Below are positions 1 through 8,924 of a stretch of DNA of 64,000 nt, one piece after another. The stretch comes from Candidatus Woesearchaeota archaeon (GTDB taxonomy: Archaea; Nanobdellota; Nanobdellia; Woesearchaeales; UBA583). How positions within the stretch are numbered: the first letter of the stretch is position 1; the number at the start of each line of letters is the position of its first letter. The translations under genes were made by a program, and so were the position numbers. A model generated the notes under the pieces. That model had not been told where the DNA came from. It worked only from the letters and a program-made list of their open reading frames with translations, and did no database searches. Where the stretch lies: contig JBLKOJ010000004.1 in NCBI GenBank assembly GCA_047602745.1, positions 5,183-69,182 on the forward strand. The letters are read 5' to 3'.

Positions 1-127
1 AACCATATTGTAAAATTAAGCCCAAAAGAAGAGCTGCAATCATATTCACATGCAATCCTGGAACAAGTCCTGTAATACAACCACATACAATTCCCAAAAG
101 CATTATCAATATAATTTCAAAGAGCAT
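1..127 (-). CDS. Integral membrane protein, N-terminal fragment (gene runs off left edge); GLxPGLH motif reminiscent of DUF112/TctA-type permeases
   Basis: Own reverse-complement translation from ATG at 125-127: MLFEIILIMLLGIVCGCITGLVPGLHVNMIAALLLGLILQYG. Hydrophobic and open to position 1. Confidence 0.35.
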   Translation of the reverse strand, partial: MLFEIILIMLLGIVCGCITGLVPGLHVNMIAALLLGLILQYG

Positions 128-270
128 AGTAACAAATTAAACTAAGTATTTAAATAATTTTAGATGATACATTTTTGAAAAAAAAGAGGAGAATTGGAGA
201 AAAAAATAAAAGATTTAAAGTATCTAAAAATCAATATATTTTTAAAGCTCCTCCTATATAAAACTAGTAG

Positions 271-2799
271 ATGAAAGAAGGAATTAAAATTACTCCGATG
301 ATGCAACAATTTTTGGACATTAAAGAGCAACATCCTGATTGTATTTTATTTTTTAGAGCAGGAGATTTTTATGAACTCTTTTATGATGATGCTAAAATTT
401 GTTCTGAAATTCTCAATATTACACTTACTAAAAGAGGAGATGTTCCAATGGCAGGAGTTCCTTTTCATAGTGTGAATCCCTATATTAAAAAAGTACTTGA
501 AGCAAATAAAAAAATTGCAATATGTGAACAACTTGAAGACCCTAAACAAGCAAAAGGAGTAGTAAAAAGAGGAGTTACTCAAATTTTAACACCTGGAACC
601 ATTATTGAAGATGAATATTTTTCAACACAAAGTGCAAGTTATATTGCGTGTATTTCTCTTCCTAATTCAAAACAAGAATCATTTGGAATTGTATTATTAG
701 ACGTATCAACAGGAGAATGTATCGGAGGAGAATTTAAAAATTTTAAAGAGATAAAAAATATCCTCTCCTCTCACACACCAAGTGAGATTCTCTACCCCGA
801 ACATCCTTTAAGTTATATCATCTCAAATTATGCTAACGCTCATCAAATTTACTCTTCAAGTATTTCAATTCAAAGATTCCACACTTTATATGCTAAAGAA
901 ATTATTAAAAAACATTTTTCCTCAAAATCTCAATTTAACACTCTTCAACTTCTAGAATTAAAACAACTCACCAAAATTATGCAGGCCCTAGGTGCAGTAT
1001 TATATTATTCAAAAGCACTTAAACATCAAGAACTCAAACATATTGAAGAATTACAACTCTTAGAAGAACACTCAAATGTAGTACTCGAGAGTCTAACTCT
1101 TAAAAATTTAGATATTATTTCAAGTAGTTCAAAAAATCCAAAAGCAACACTACTGCACACCATTGATTTTACTAAAACTCCTCTTGGAAAACGTGAAATT
1201 AAAAAAAGATTAATCTCTCCTCTCAAATCCCTTGAAGCCATTAATCAAAGATTATCATCAGTTGAATTTTTGCATAATTTAGGACTTCAAACACTCGTTG
1301 ATCTTCGAAATCATCTCTCTCACATAGGAGATATTGAAAGAATTTATACCCGAATTTCATCTCAAATCGCAAGTCCTAAAGATTTAAAATCACTTCAAAT
1401 AAGTCTTGAATATACGTTTGAAATTATATCGTATCTCCACTCAAAAACAAACCCTACAACTCTTCCATTTTTCAATTCAATTCCTCAAAAAGTACAAGAT
1501 TGTATTTCACATCTTCAAAATTCTATTGTTGATGAACCTCCCTCACATATTAGAGAATCAGGATATATTAAACAAGGATATAATACTTCGCGTGATGAAC
1601 TTGAACAACTCTCAGTTAATTCATCTACATACTTAACTCAAATTGAAGCAAGACTTAAACAAGAATCTCAAATTACAAATTTAAAAATAAAATATAATAA
1701 AATTTTTGGATATTATATTGAAATTCCAAAATCCCAAGAGGATAAAGTTACTCCTGAATTTATGTTAAAACAGACTCTTGTTAATGCTAATAGATACACC
1801 ACAGCAGAACTTAAAGAAAAAGAGCAACTCATTTTAGGAGCAAAAGAAAAACTCACACTTTTAGAACAAGAATTATATACCCAACTACTTCAAAAACTTC
1901 AAGAATATTTACCATCATTAAAAGATATTATAGCTCAAATTAAATCTCTTGATGTTGCTCAAAGTACTTCATATCTAGCACGATATTATAATTATACTAA
2001 ACCTCAATTTACAACCAATAATACTACTTGTGTAGAAGAAGGAAGAAATCCTATTATTGAGAGATTTGTAAATGAATTTGTAAGTAATGATTATATATTT
2101 GAAGAACAAGACTATTGTAAAATTATTACTGGTCCAAATATGGCTGGAAAATCAACATTTTTAAGACAAGTAGCACTTATTTCAATTCTTGCACAATGTG
2201 GGTTTTATGTTCCTGCAACAAATGCCCAATTAAAAATTTATGACTCCATATTTACAAGAATTGGTGCTCAAGATAATTTATCAGAGAATGAGAGTACATT
2301 TATGGTTGAAATGACTGAAAGTGCTCACATACTACAACACGCAACAACAAATTCACTTATTATTTTAGATGAAATAGGAAGAGGAACTTCCACATATGAT
2401 GGAATGGCAATAGCACAGGCAATTATTGAAGATATTGCACAAAAGCATATTCACACACTCTTTGCAACACATTATCACGAACTTAATGAATTGGAAAATA
2501 ATTTTCAGAGTATTTGTAACTATCATGTAGAAGTTGAAGAATTAGATGATACTATTACATTTTTACATAAAATTCAAAAAGGAGGAGTTGATAATTCATA
2601 TGGAATTCACGTGGCAAAGCTTGCTAAAATGCCCAAATCTGTCTTAGATAGGGCAGAAGAAATATTGAAGAATTTAACTTTAAATTTAGACTCTTCTATG
2701 AAATCACAAACTTCAAAATTATTATCAAAAAATCTAAGAAAAGAAAATAATTTTACTGATGAAGAAAAATCTGAGAATAAACTTCAACGGTTTTTATAA
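271..2799 (+). CDS. mutS: DNA mismatch repair protein MutS (bacterial type)
   Basis: 842 aa. N-terminal MutS-I block TPMMQQFLDIKEQHPDCILFFRAGDFYELFYDDA, Walker A GPNMAGKSTFLRQ, DEIGRGTSTYDG, FATHYHEL. Confidence 0.95.
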   Translation: MKEGIKITPMMQQFLDIKEQHPDCILFFRAGDFYELFYDDAKICSEILNITLTKRGDVPMAGVPFHSVNPYIKKVLEANKKIAICEQLEDPKQAKGVVKRGVTQILTPGTIIEDEYFSTQSASYIACISLPNSKQESFGIVLLDVSTGECIGGEFKNFKEIKNILSSHTPSEILYPEHPLSYIISNYANAHQIYSSSISIQRFHTLYAKEIIKKHFSSKSQFNTLQLLELKQLTKIMQALGAVLYYSKALKHQELKHIEELQLLEEHSNVVLESLTLKNLDIISSSSKNPKATLLHTIDFTKTPLGKREIKKRLISPLKSLEAINQRLSSVEFLHNLGLQTLVDLRNHLSHIGDIERIYTRISSQIASPKDLKSLQISLEYTFEIISYLHSKTNPTTLPFFNSIPQKVQDCISHLQNSIVDEPPSHIRESGYIKQGYNTSRDELEQLSVNSSTYLTQIEARLKQESQITNLKIKYNKIFGYYIEIPKSQEDKVTPEFMLKQTLVNANRYTTAELKEKEQLILGAKEKLTLLEQELYTQLLQKLQEYLPSLKDIIAQIKSLDVAQSTSYLARYYNYTKPQFTTNNTTCVEEGRNPIIERFVNEFVSNDYIFEEQDYCKIITGPNMAGKSTFLRQVALISILAQCGFYVPATNAQLKIYDSIFTRIGAQDNLSENESTFMVEMTESAHILQHATTNSLIILDEIGRGTSTYDGMAIAQAIIEDIAQKHIHTLFATHYHELNELENNFQSICNYHVEVEELDDTITFLHKIQKGGVDNSYGIHVAKLAKMPKSVLDRAEEILKNLTLNLDSSMKSQTSKLLSKNLRKENNFTDEEKSENKLQRFL

Positions 2800-2861
2800 T
2801 TTTTTTATATAATTATAGAAAATTTAAGGTATCTTTTTAAATTTATATCAACATAAATATA

Positions 2862-3176
2862 TTGATGAATAAAAAAGGGAGAAAAAAGGTTCAAAAAAAA
2901 TTAGCTTCTGATGCAATAAATACATATTTTAATGCTCTTGAGTTTCTTGATAATACTCTTAAAGAAAAGTATGAATCTAAATATATTAAACAAATAATTA
3001 AACTCCAAACAAGTTTTACAATAAAACTTGAAAAAAATCAAAAACTTAAAATTTGTAAAAAATGTTTCACATATCAAAATTCTCAAACACAACAAATTAG
3101 ATTTAATTCACAACTTAAAACTAAAGAATATTTGTGTAAAAATTGTGGAGATATTAGAAGATTTAAATATAAATAA
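2862..3176 (+). CDS. rnp4: RNase P protein component 4 (Rpr2/Rpp21 family zinc ribbon)
   Basis: 104 aa, basic N-terminus and helical part, then two CxxC pairs (CKKC ... CKNCG) as in archaeal Rpp21. Confidence 0.6.
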   Translation: MMNKKGRKKVQKKLASDAINTYFNALEFLDNTLKEKYESKYIKQIIKLQTSFTIKLEKNQKLKICKKCFTYQNSQTQQIRFNSQLKTKEYLCKNCGDIRRFKYK

Positions 3177-3215
3177 TCGTAATATAGACTTTGGCACTAA
3201 ATCTTATATTAAGTT

Positions 3216-3437
3216 TTATTTATAGACTCTATCAAGTTCTTGATTCATTCTTCTTAAAATAAAATTAATCTCTTCTTGAGTATAATTTAATTCTTGTAAT
3301 GATTCTAATAGTGTTTTTCCATCTTCTGCAACTTTTTCAAGTCCAAAATGATGTTTATGTGATAAATCTCTAAGAGCTGGAAATTCATTAAGAATCTCAG
3401 TAGTTTCATGATTAAGTGTAAAATACGAACTTACCAT
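3216..3437 (-). CDS. Small hypothetical protein (73 aa)
   Basis: ORF only. Acidic, helical-looking, no recognisable motif. Confidence 0.3.
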   Translation of the reverse strand: MVSSYFTLNHETTEILNEFPALRDLSHKHHFGLEKVAEDGKTLLESLQELNYTQEEINFILRRMNQELDRVYK

Positions 3438-3600
3438 ATTTATGTTTAAATTAGTTAGTTCTTAATAAGTTTTAGTAACCATATGTATATACAGAAAATC
3501 TTATAATATTTTCAAAAAAGTTAGATATTACAATTAAAAATCGAAAAAAATAAATTTTGATTATTTATCATTTAAGTACATTAAATATCTTGAACAAAAC

Positions 3601-4851
3601 TTAAATTTTTTGTAAGTAATAAAAACCATCTTTCAAATCCTCATCTTTATGCATTTGATGTGATTTTGAGGAAATTGTTAGGATTTCAATATAATTGTTT
3701 ACCATTTCATATTGCTCAATTATTTTTTCAATTTGTAAATTTAAATCTAAAATTAATCGTTTAGTTGAATACTCATTACAATTATCAATTTCAAAATTAA
3801 TTTCTTTTAAAGATTTTTCAAACTCAAAAATAAAGTTTTGAACTTCAAGTACTTCTTGTTTGTGTTGCTCTAGTCGTGTATGTAATTCTTCTTTATGGGT
3901 TTGAGATGTTTTTGAAGATATTTCTTTTAAATCTTTATTGAGTTGTTCAATTTTAAAATTTAATGTTAGTTCTTGAGAATTGAGTTGTTCAATATTTTTT
4001 TTGTTTGAAAATATTTGTTTTTTAAGTTTATATTGTTGGTATTCATATGAATTTAATTTAGAATAACATAACAAACCAGCACTTGCTACTGCTTGCCAAA
4101 GAGGAATAAACAATTTTTGCTCATCTGAATTTTCATGTAATTCTTGCAAAGAAAGTTCAATTTCTCTGATTTGATGTTCTAAACGTTGTCTTTTTAATTT
4201 TGAATCTTGTAGTTTTGATATTAGCTTTTGATGTTTTAATTTGAGTGATTCTTGTTTTTTTACATTGATAGTATAATTTTTTTCAAATTGTTCTAATTCT
4301 TCTTCAAATGATGTAATTGAAGAGGTTATTTTCTTTTTTTCTTGCTCCTTTGTCTTTAAATCAATTAAAGTTCTTTCTTTTTTTGTTCGTAGTATGTGTA
4401 ATTCTTCTTCAACTATAGAAGAAATATCACGTATTTGAGTATCTAACTGTAAATCTTCAAATGAAAGAATAAATGGTTTTAATTTTGAACTCGATTTTAA
4501 TGGAAAATTATTATTATAATGAGATTTAATTGCCTTAAATACCTCATTTGATGACTTAATGTGTTCATATTGCTCTTTTTTCCTAGAAACAAGTCTATTA
4601 ATAGGAGTAAAACTAAATTCATATAAATTCGTTAAGGGAACAGTAATAATTGGATAAAATTCTATAGTTCTAAGTTCTTCAAAAATTTTAAAGAATTCAT
4701 TTTTATATTTTACAACATCATTAAATGATTTAAATGAAATATTTTTAATTAATTCTAGTTGTTCAGATTTATACGAAAAAATAGTTATAATTTCTTTATG
4801 AGAGTTAAATTTAACTTTATTATGTACAAAAAACTCAGTTGTTGATAACAT
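3601..4851 (-). CDS. Hypothetical long coiled-coil protein with globular N-terminal ~130 aa and one central hydrophobic patch
   Basis: 416 aa. Heptad-like K/E/Q/L-rich sequence over ~270 aa, hydrophobic LFIPLWQAVASAGLLCY in the middle. No family recognised. Confidence 0.5.
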   Translation of the reverse strand: MLSTTEFFVHNKVKFNSHKEIITIFSYKSEQLELIKNISFKSFNDVVKYKNEFFKIFEELRTIEFYPIITVPLTNLYEFSFTPINRLVSRKKEQYEHIKSSNEVFKAIKSHYNNNFPLKSSSKLKPFILSFEDLQLDTQIRDISSIVEEELHILRTKKERTLIDLKTKEQEKKKITSSITSFEEELEQFEKNYTINVKKQESLKLKHQKLISKLQDSKLKRQRLEHQIREIELSLQELHENSDEQKLFIPLWQAVASAGLLCYSKLNSYEYQQYKLKKQIFSNKKNIEQLNSQELTLNFKIEQLNKDLKEISSKTSQTHKEELHTRLEQHKQEVLEVQNFIFEFEKSLKEINFEIDNCNEYSTKRLILDLNLQIEKIIEQYEMVNNYIEILTISSKSHQMHKDEDLKDGFYYLQKI

Positions 4852-4889
4852 ATATTAATTACTATATAATTAAAATTGTTTAAATTATG

Positions 4890-4908
4890 TTGTCACGAGC
4901 GATGACAA
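4890..4908. promoter_or_regulatory. GC-containing inverted repeat (TTGTCA-N7-TGACAA) just upstream of a TATA box in a divergent promoter region
   Basis: ttgtcacgagcgatgacaa read directly. 6-bp arms, 7-nt spacer, located 9 nt 5' of TTTATAAA at 4917. Confidence 0.25.
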
Positions 4909-4916
4909 ATAGATAT

Positions 4917-4924
4917 GTTTATAA
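4917..4924 (+). promoter_or_regulatory. Archaeal TATA box (TTTATAAA) for the 4951 start
   Basis: Octamer centre ~30 nt upstream of ATG 4951. 16-nt core agatatgtttataaat is identical to the one at 8888-8903. Confidence 0.45.
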
Positions 4925-4950
4925 ATGTACAAAACATATATTACATAATT

Positions 4951-5643
4951 ATGGGAGTTCTTGCAGATACACTTGAAGATAAAATGTCTAAAGCTTTGTA
5001 TGAAGTAACACATGATGAAGTTGATACTTCTAAATCTAATTCTTTTTCGAAAATATTATTAACATATGGTAAATATGCAGCAGTTCCTCTTGCTTTATAT
5101 GGTATGTATAAAAAATATAGTGCAGTAAGTTCATTTTTAGAACCAGATAACACAAACTCAACTCTTTCTCCAGTGCAAGGGGGATTAGAATCAAGAATTA
5201 CTTCGGGTCAAACTCAACAACAAGAAGAATCATTTATGAAGTCACCCACTGCTCAAACTGCATTATATGGACTTAAAATTATGGTTGGGGCATATCTTGC
5301 ATTAGGAGGATATCAACGGCTTAAAGCAGCTAGAGAATATTATTTAAACGAAGTTGATAATTTTGATATGGGAGAAGAACATTTATGTGGTCTTGCATAT
5401 GCTCTCACATATGGAGAAGCACCTCCTTCAAATGTAAAAATTCTTAAAAAAACTGGTGCTTTTAACGCAGTATATAAAACATTAAAAACATTAAAAATTG
5501 ATAGACTTGATAATACTCAACTTGGAAGTTGGGCAATTGTATCATTATTATCAATGGGAGAACAAGTGGGAGATAGAATGGGAGAAGAAGTAGGAGGAGG
5601 ATTATTTAAAAAAGCAAAATCAAGTATGGGAAAATCTAAATAA
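4951..5643 (+). CDS. Hypothetical protein (ORF-track start 4915 lies inside the TATA box; ATG 4951 preferred)
   Basis: ORF 4915..5643. MGVLADTLEDK... Gly/Ala-rich amphipathic segments, no family recognised. Confidence 0.45.
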   Translation: MGVLADTLEDKMSKALYEVTHDEVDTSKSNSFSKILLTYGKYAAVPLALYGMYKKYSAVSSFLEPDNTNSTLSPVQGGLESRITSGQTQQQEESFMKSPTAQTALYGLKIMVGAYLALGGYQRLKAAREYYLNEVDNFDMGEEHLCGLAYALTYGEAPPSNVKILKKTGAFNAVYKTLKTLKIDRLDNTQLGSWAIVSLLSMGEQVGDRMGEEVGGGLFKKAKSSMGKSK

Positions 5644-5694
5644 GCTCCAAATTCAACATCTCCATACCAAGAGCAGTAGATTAAATTAGATTGT

Positions 5695-5750
5695 ATGTGA
5701 GGGACGGGATTTGTGCGGAAAAATCAAAGATAAGAGACACTCACCTTGTT
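5695..5750 (-). pseudogene. Degenerate partial copy of the tRNA-Leu 3' half
   Basis: 19-nt exact repeat atgtgagggacgggatttg (5695-5713 = 5851-5869) plus a shared gagacac block. The T-stem 5' strand is missing, so it cannot fold. Confidence 0.35.
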
Positions 5751-5851
5751 CGTTCTTTTATATCAAAATTTCATTTTGATTATTTTTTGCACCAAAGGAA
5801 CTGCGTTCAAATCCTAGAACATCTTGATAATAATTTAGATTTATAAAAATA

Positions 5852-5936
5852 TGTGAGGGACGGGATTTGAACCCGCGAACTCTAATGAGACACCCCCCTC
5901 AAGGGTGCGCCTTTGACCGGACTTGGCAACCCTCAC
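5852..5936 (-). tRNA. tRNA-Leu (anticodon GAG), class II with long variable arm
   Basis: Hand fold: acceptor GTGAGGG/CCCTCAC, 3-bp D stem, anticodon stem CACCC/GGGTG with loop TTGAGGG, variable arm CTC-ATTA-GAG, T arm GCGGG-TTCAAAT-CCCGT, discriminator A. No encoded CCA. Confidence 0.9.
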
Positions 5937-6011
5937 AAAAAAATCGATAAGCCACTCCTACTCTAATAAAAATAAATAAGTATTTAAAAATTCATTGGGT
6001 TTATTGTTATA

Positions 6012-7157
6012 ATGAATACTCAAATTATAGAAGAAGATATTGTAATTTCTCTTCAAACTACTAAAGAAATTGATTTTTCAAAAGAAAATGTTCTTGTTAC
6101 AAAAGATATGGGAACATTTTATAATCCTATTATGAAAATTCACAGAGATATTTCACTTCTTGTTCTTAAACATTACTTTTCAACGTTTAGAAGACCTATT
6201 TCATTTTGTGATCCTATGGTTGCAAGTGGTATAAGAGAAGCTCGCTATTTACAACAAATGCCCGAATTATTTTCAAAATTATATGTGGGAGATATTTCTC
6301 AAAAAGCACTTGACAATTGCAAAGAAACGTTTGAGAAAAATTCAATTTCACAAGAAAAAGTAACGTTTTTTAATTGCAAAGCACAAGAATTACTCTATAG
6401 ACTACATTTTGATTGTATTGAAATTGACCCTTTTGGAAGTCCTGCTCCGTTTCTTGATGCTGCTATTAGTCAAACAAATCATAACGGATTATTGTGTGTT
6501 ACTGCAACTGATACAGCATCATTATGTGGAGTATATCCTAAAAAAGCTCTAAGAAGATATAATTTATATATTCACAAAACCCTATGCTTTGATGAATTAG
6601 GACTTAGAGGACTTATAGGGTATTGTCAAAGAATTGCTGGAAAATTTGATAAAACTCTACATGTTGAAATAAGTTTTGTATACGGACATTTTTATAGAAT
6701 TTTTTTTAGAGTAGAAGAGAGTTCTCAAAAATCACTTGAATGTATAAAATCTCACAAATTTATTTCGTATGATAGAATTTCCCAATTTATCCAACCCCAT
6801 GACTTTAATGAGAAAGAGAGAATAGGTCCAATTTATACAGGAAAATTAAATAATAAAGAATTAGTTAGAAAATGTATTGAAGATATCTCAATTATTCAAG
6901 ATTTGAAAAAAGTTGAAAAACTCTTGACTTCACTACAAAATGAAGTGGAGAGCCTTGGATATTATGATATTCATAAGTTACAAAGTTATTGTAAAATTTC
7001 ACAAGGGATTAGATTTAATACATTATTTGAATATTTAAATAGAGATTCAATTACTTCCTCTCTTTCACATTGTAATTCAAGAGGCCTTAAAACAACTCTA
7101 AGTTTTGATGAATTAATAAAATTGATAGGAGAATTGAAAGAGGTGAAGAATTTCTAA
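6012..7157 (+). CDS. trm1: tRNA (guanine26-N2)-dimethyltransferase Trm1
   Basis: 381 aa. FYNPIMKIHRDIS, ASGIREARY, IEIDPFGSPAPFLDAAI, CVTATDTASLCG blocks typical of Trm1. Confidence 0.85.
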   Translation: MNTQIIEEDIVISLQTTKEIDFSKENVLVTKDMGTFYNPIMKIHRDISLLVLKHYFSTFRRPISFCDPMVASGIREARYLQQMPELFSKLYVGDISQKALDNCKETFEKNSISQEKVTFFNCKAQELLYRLHFDCIEIDPFGSPAPFLDAAISQTNHNGLLCVTATDTASLCGVYPKKALRRYNLYIHKTLCFDELGLRGLIGYCQRIAGKFDKTLHVEISFVYGHFYRIFFRVEESSQKSLECIKSHKFISYDRISQFIQPHDFNEKERIGPIYTGKLNNKELVRKCIEDISIIQDLKKVEKLLTSLQNEVESLGYYDIHKLQSYCKISQGIRFNTLFEYLNRDSITSSLSHCNSRGLKTTLSFDELIKLIGELKEVKNF

Positions 7158-7479
7158 GTCATTTAAAATAAGAAAAATTTATAACTTCTCAAAATAATCT
7201 AACTAAGTATCAAATTTAAAACAAAAACTCAAATACAAATCAATACTAATTATGTGAAAGATTAATCCAAGTATGTAGTTTAGGAGAAAGTATTGATAGG
7301 TATCAATTAATTAAAGGAGAAATTATTAACAGATTATATCTCTTGTTCTCTTTAATATTTCAATTATTAAGTACTAAATCATCTAAATTAATCTTAGAGC
7401 TAAGAAAAAAGTTTAGGACAGTTTAATGGGAGAAAATATTACAATTAGTAAGAAAAATTGACAGTTAAGAATAAATTTT

Positions 7480-8475
7480 TTAATTCATTTCAAACCATTC
7501 AAATTCAAACTCTGCGTTTGTACATAAACTTCTAATCTCTTCTTCAAACATTTGTTTGAAATTTGCTTCTTCACAAATAAGAGTCATAAAAAATTCATCA
7601 CTATACGTATTTTTAATTGCTCTAATAATATGCTGATGTTTTGAAATATAGAGTTTTAATTGCTCTAATTTTTCAGTTGGTAAATATCCACATTTCATAA
7701 TTAGAGCGTATTGTAAAAATCCAAGTTTTGAAAAATTAATTACGGGTTCAAATCTCTCAATTAATCCTTGTTGTTTGAGTTTTTCAATTCTATATTTGAC
7801 AGTGTCTGCTGAAACATGTAATTTTTCAGCCATATCCTTGTATTGTACTCTTCCATCTGCACTAAGTAACTCTAATAACTCTTTATCGGTATCATCAATT
7901 TTAAAGTTCATCTCCACATTTTTAATCGTTTGAAAGTCATCTTGAATGGAGTCTTGAAATACACTTTCAAGTAAAATTTCCCTTTGTGCTTCTTTAATAG
8001 GATTTGCTGAGAGTATAGTGTAATATTTAGCAAGAACTTCTGAGAAAATTTCTAAAATTTCTGCAAGTTTAGTTTGAAATTCTTCCACATTTAACGCATA
8101 TAATTTCACAATTAAATCCCAACCTTCATTTGATTTTAATATCCAAACTAAATATTTATTTCCAATTGTATTTTTAATAAATTGTTCTTTTGAAATTACA
8201 TCTTCAAGTTTTAATTTAAGTAAAATAACATATTCTTGATAACTTCCGCTCCCTTCTCTAAGTTTTGGAACAAATTTTACAATTAAATTCTCTTTTACAA
8301 GTCGTTTAATTCTATAATTAATAATCTCTCTTCCTAAATCAATATCTTTTGAAATACTTGCACTTGTTTTTCTTCCATCGTTTAATAATTCTTTTAAAAT
8401 AAGTTTATCTTTTTCAGTAAGAATTGAAGGTAAATTAGAAGAATTATTATTATTTGAGGAATTTTCCTTTGTCAT
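7480..8475 (-). CDS. Lrp/AsnC-family transcriptional regulator, tandem duplicated (two HTH + two ligand-like domains)
   Basis: Two HTH_AsnC-like segments: DKLILKELLNDGRKTSASISKDIDLGREIINYRIKRLVKENLI and DKELLELLSADGRVQYKDMAEKLHVSADTVKYRIEKLKQQGLI. Confidence 0.7.
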   Translation of the reverse strand: MTKENSSNNNNSSNLPSILTEKDKLILKELLNDGRKTSASISKDIDLGREIINYRIKRLVKENLIVKFVPKLREGSGSYQEYVILLKLKLEDVISKEQFIKNTIGNKYLVWILKSNEGWDLIVKLYALNVEEFQTKLAEILEIFSEVLAKYYTILSANPIKEAQREILLESVFQDSIQDDFQTIKNVEMNFKIDDTDKELLELLSADGRVQYKDMAEKLHVSADTVKYRIEKLKQQGLIERFEPVINFSKLGFLQYALIMKCGYLPTEKLEQLKLYISKHQHIIRAIKNTYSDEFFMTLICEEANFKQMFEEEIRSLCTNAEFEFEWFEMN

Positions 8476-8514
8476 AATAATATTTAAGAAATATAAATTT
8501 ATAAATATATCTTC
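8466..8514. repeat. Direct repeat copy A (promoter + start-codon context of the Lrp-like gene)
   Basis: Hand-aligned 36 nt (8479-8514 vs 8827-8862, 2 mismatches, 25 nt exact). Weaker similarity extends to 8466/8814. Confidence 0.6.
8498..8505 (-). promoter_or_regulatory. TATA box (TTTATAAA) of the Lrp-like gene
   Basis: Palindromic octamer centred 26-27 nt upstream of ATG at 8475. Confidence 0.45.
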
Positions 8515-8517
8515 TTA

Positions 8518-8874
8518 CACTAGATATTTCTTATCATATCCTTTTTGGAGATACATTTTTCTAAGTCGAGGTTTAAAATTTAACCATTTTAATATAATTT
8601 TAGTTTTTATTTGATTAAAATTTGAAGATTCTTTTAAAATATTATTTGAGGAAACTATTTTAAATTGAGGTGGGCGAGGAAGAGTATAAAAATCACAAAT
8701 ATTTAACTCCTCAGTTGAATAAGAGAGTATCTCAATTTTCTCATACTCTGTTGCATTTTTAGAAAATGTAACCGCTAAATCTAAATCTGAGAGTTGAGAA
8801 TATTTTAGAAGAAGATTTGTAAAAACAATATTTAAGAAATATAAATTTATATATATATCATCTCCAAAAATTAA
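8518..8874 (-). pseudogene. Open frame without any canonical start codon (dead ORF); weak SDLDLAV nucleotidyltransferase-like motif
   Basis: Own translation: ...VFTNLLLKYSQLSDLDLAVTFSKNATEYEKIEIL...KPRLRKMYLQKGYDKKYLV*. Where repeat copy A has ATGACAAA, copy B has TTTACAAA. Confidence 0.3.
8814..8862. repeat. Direct repeat copy B
   Basis: See copy A. Spacing 348 bp. Confidence 0.6.
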
Positions 8875-8893
8875 TTACTTCACTTAGAGATAT

Positions 8894-8901
8894 GTTTATA
8901 A
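8894..8901 (+). promoter_or_regulatory. TATA box (TTTATAAA) for the 8925 start
   Basis: Centre 27-28 nt upstream of ATG 8925. Same 16-nt core as at 4911-4926. Confidence 0.45.
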
Positions 8902-8924
8902 ATATCCTTCTCTTATATATAATT

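Noticed and set aside
5695-5850. Intron-containing, split or permuted tRNA formed from the duplicated tRNA-Leu 3' end
   Set aside because: I found no complementary acceptor 5' strand (ccctcac on the plus strand) and no T-stem 5' strand in the interval, so no cloverleaf can be drawn by hand. Kept only as a degenerate copy or scar.
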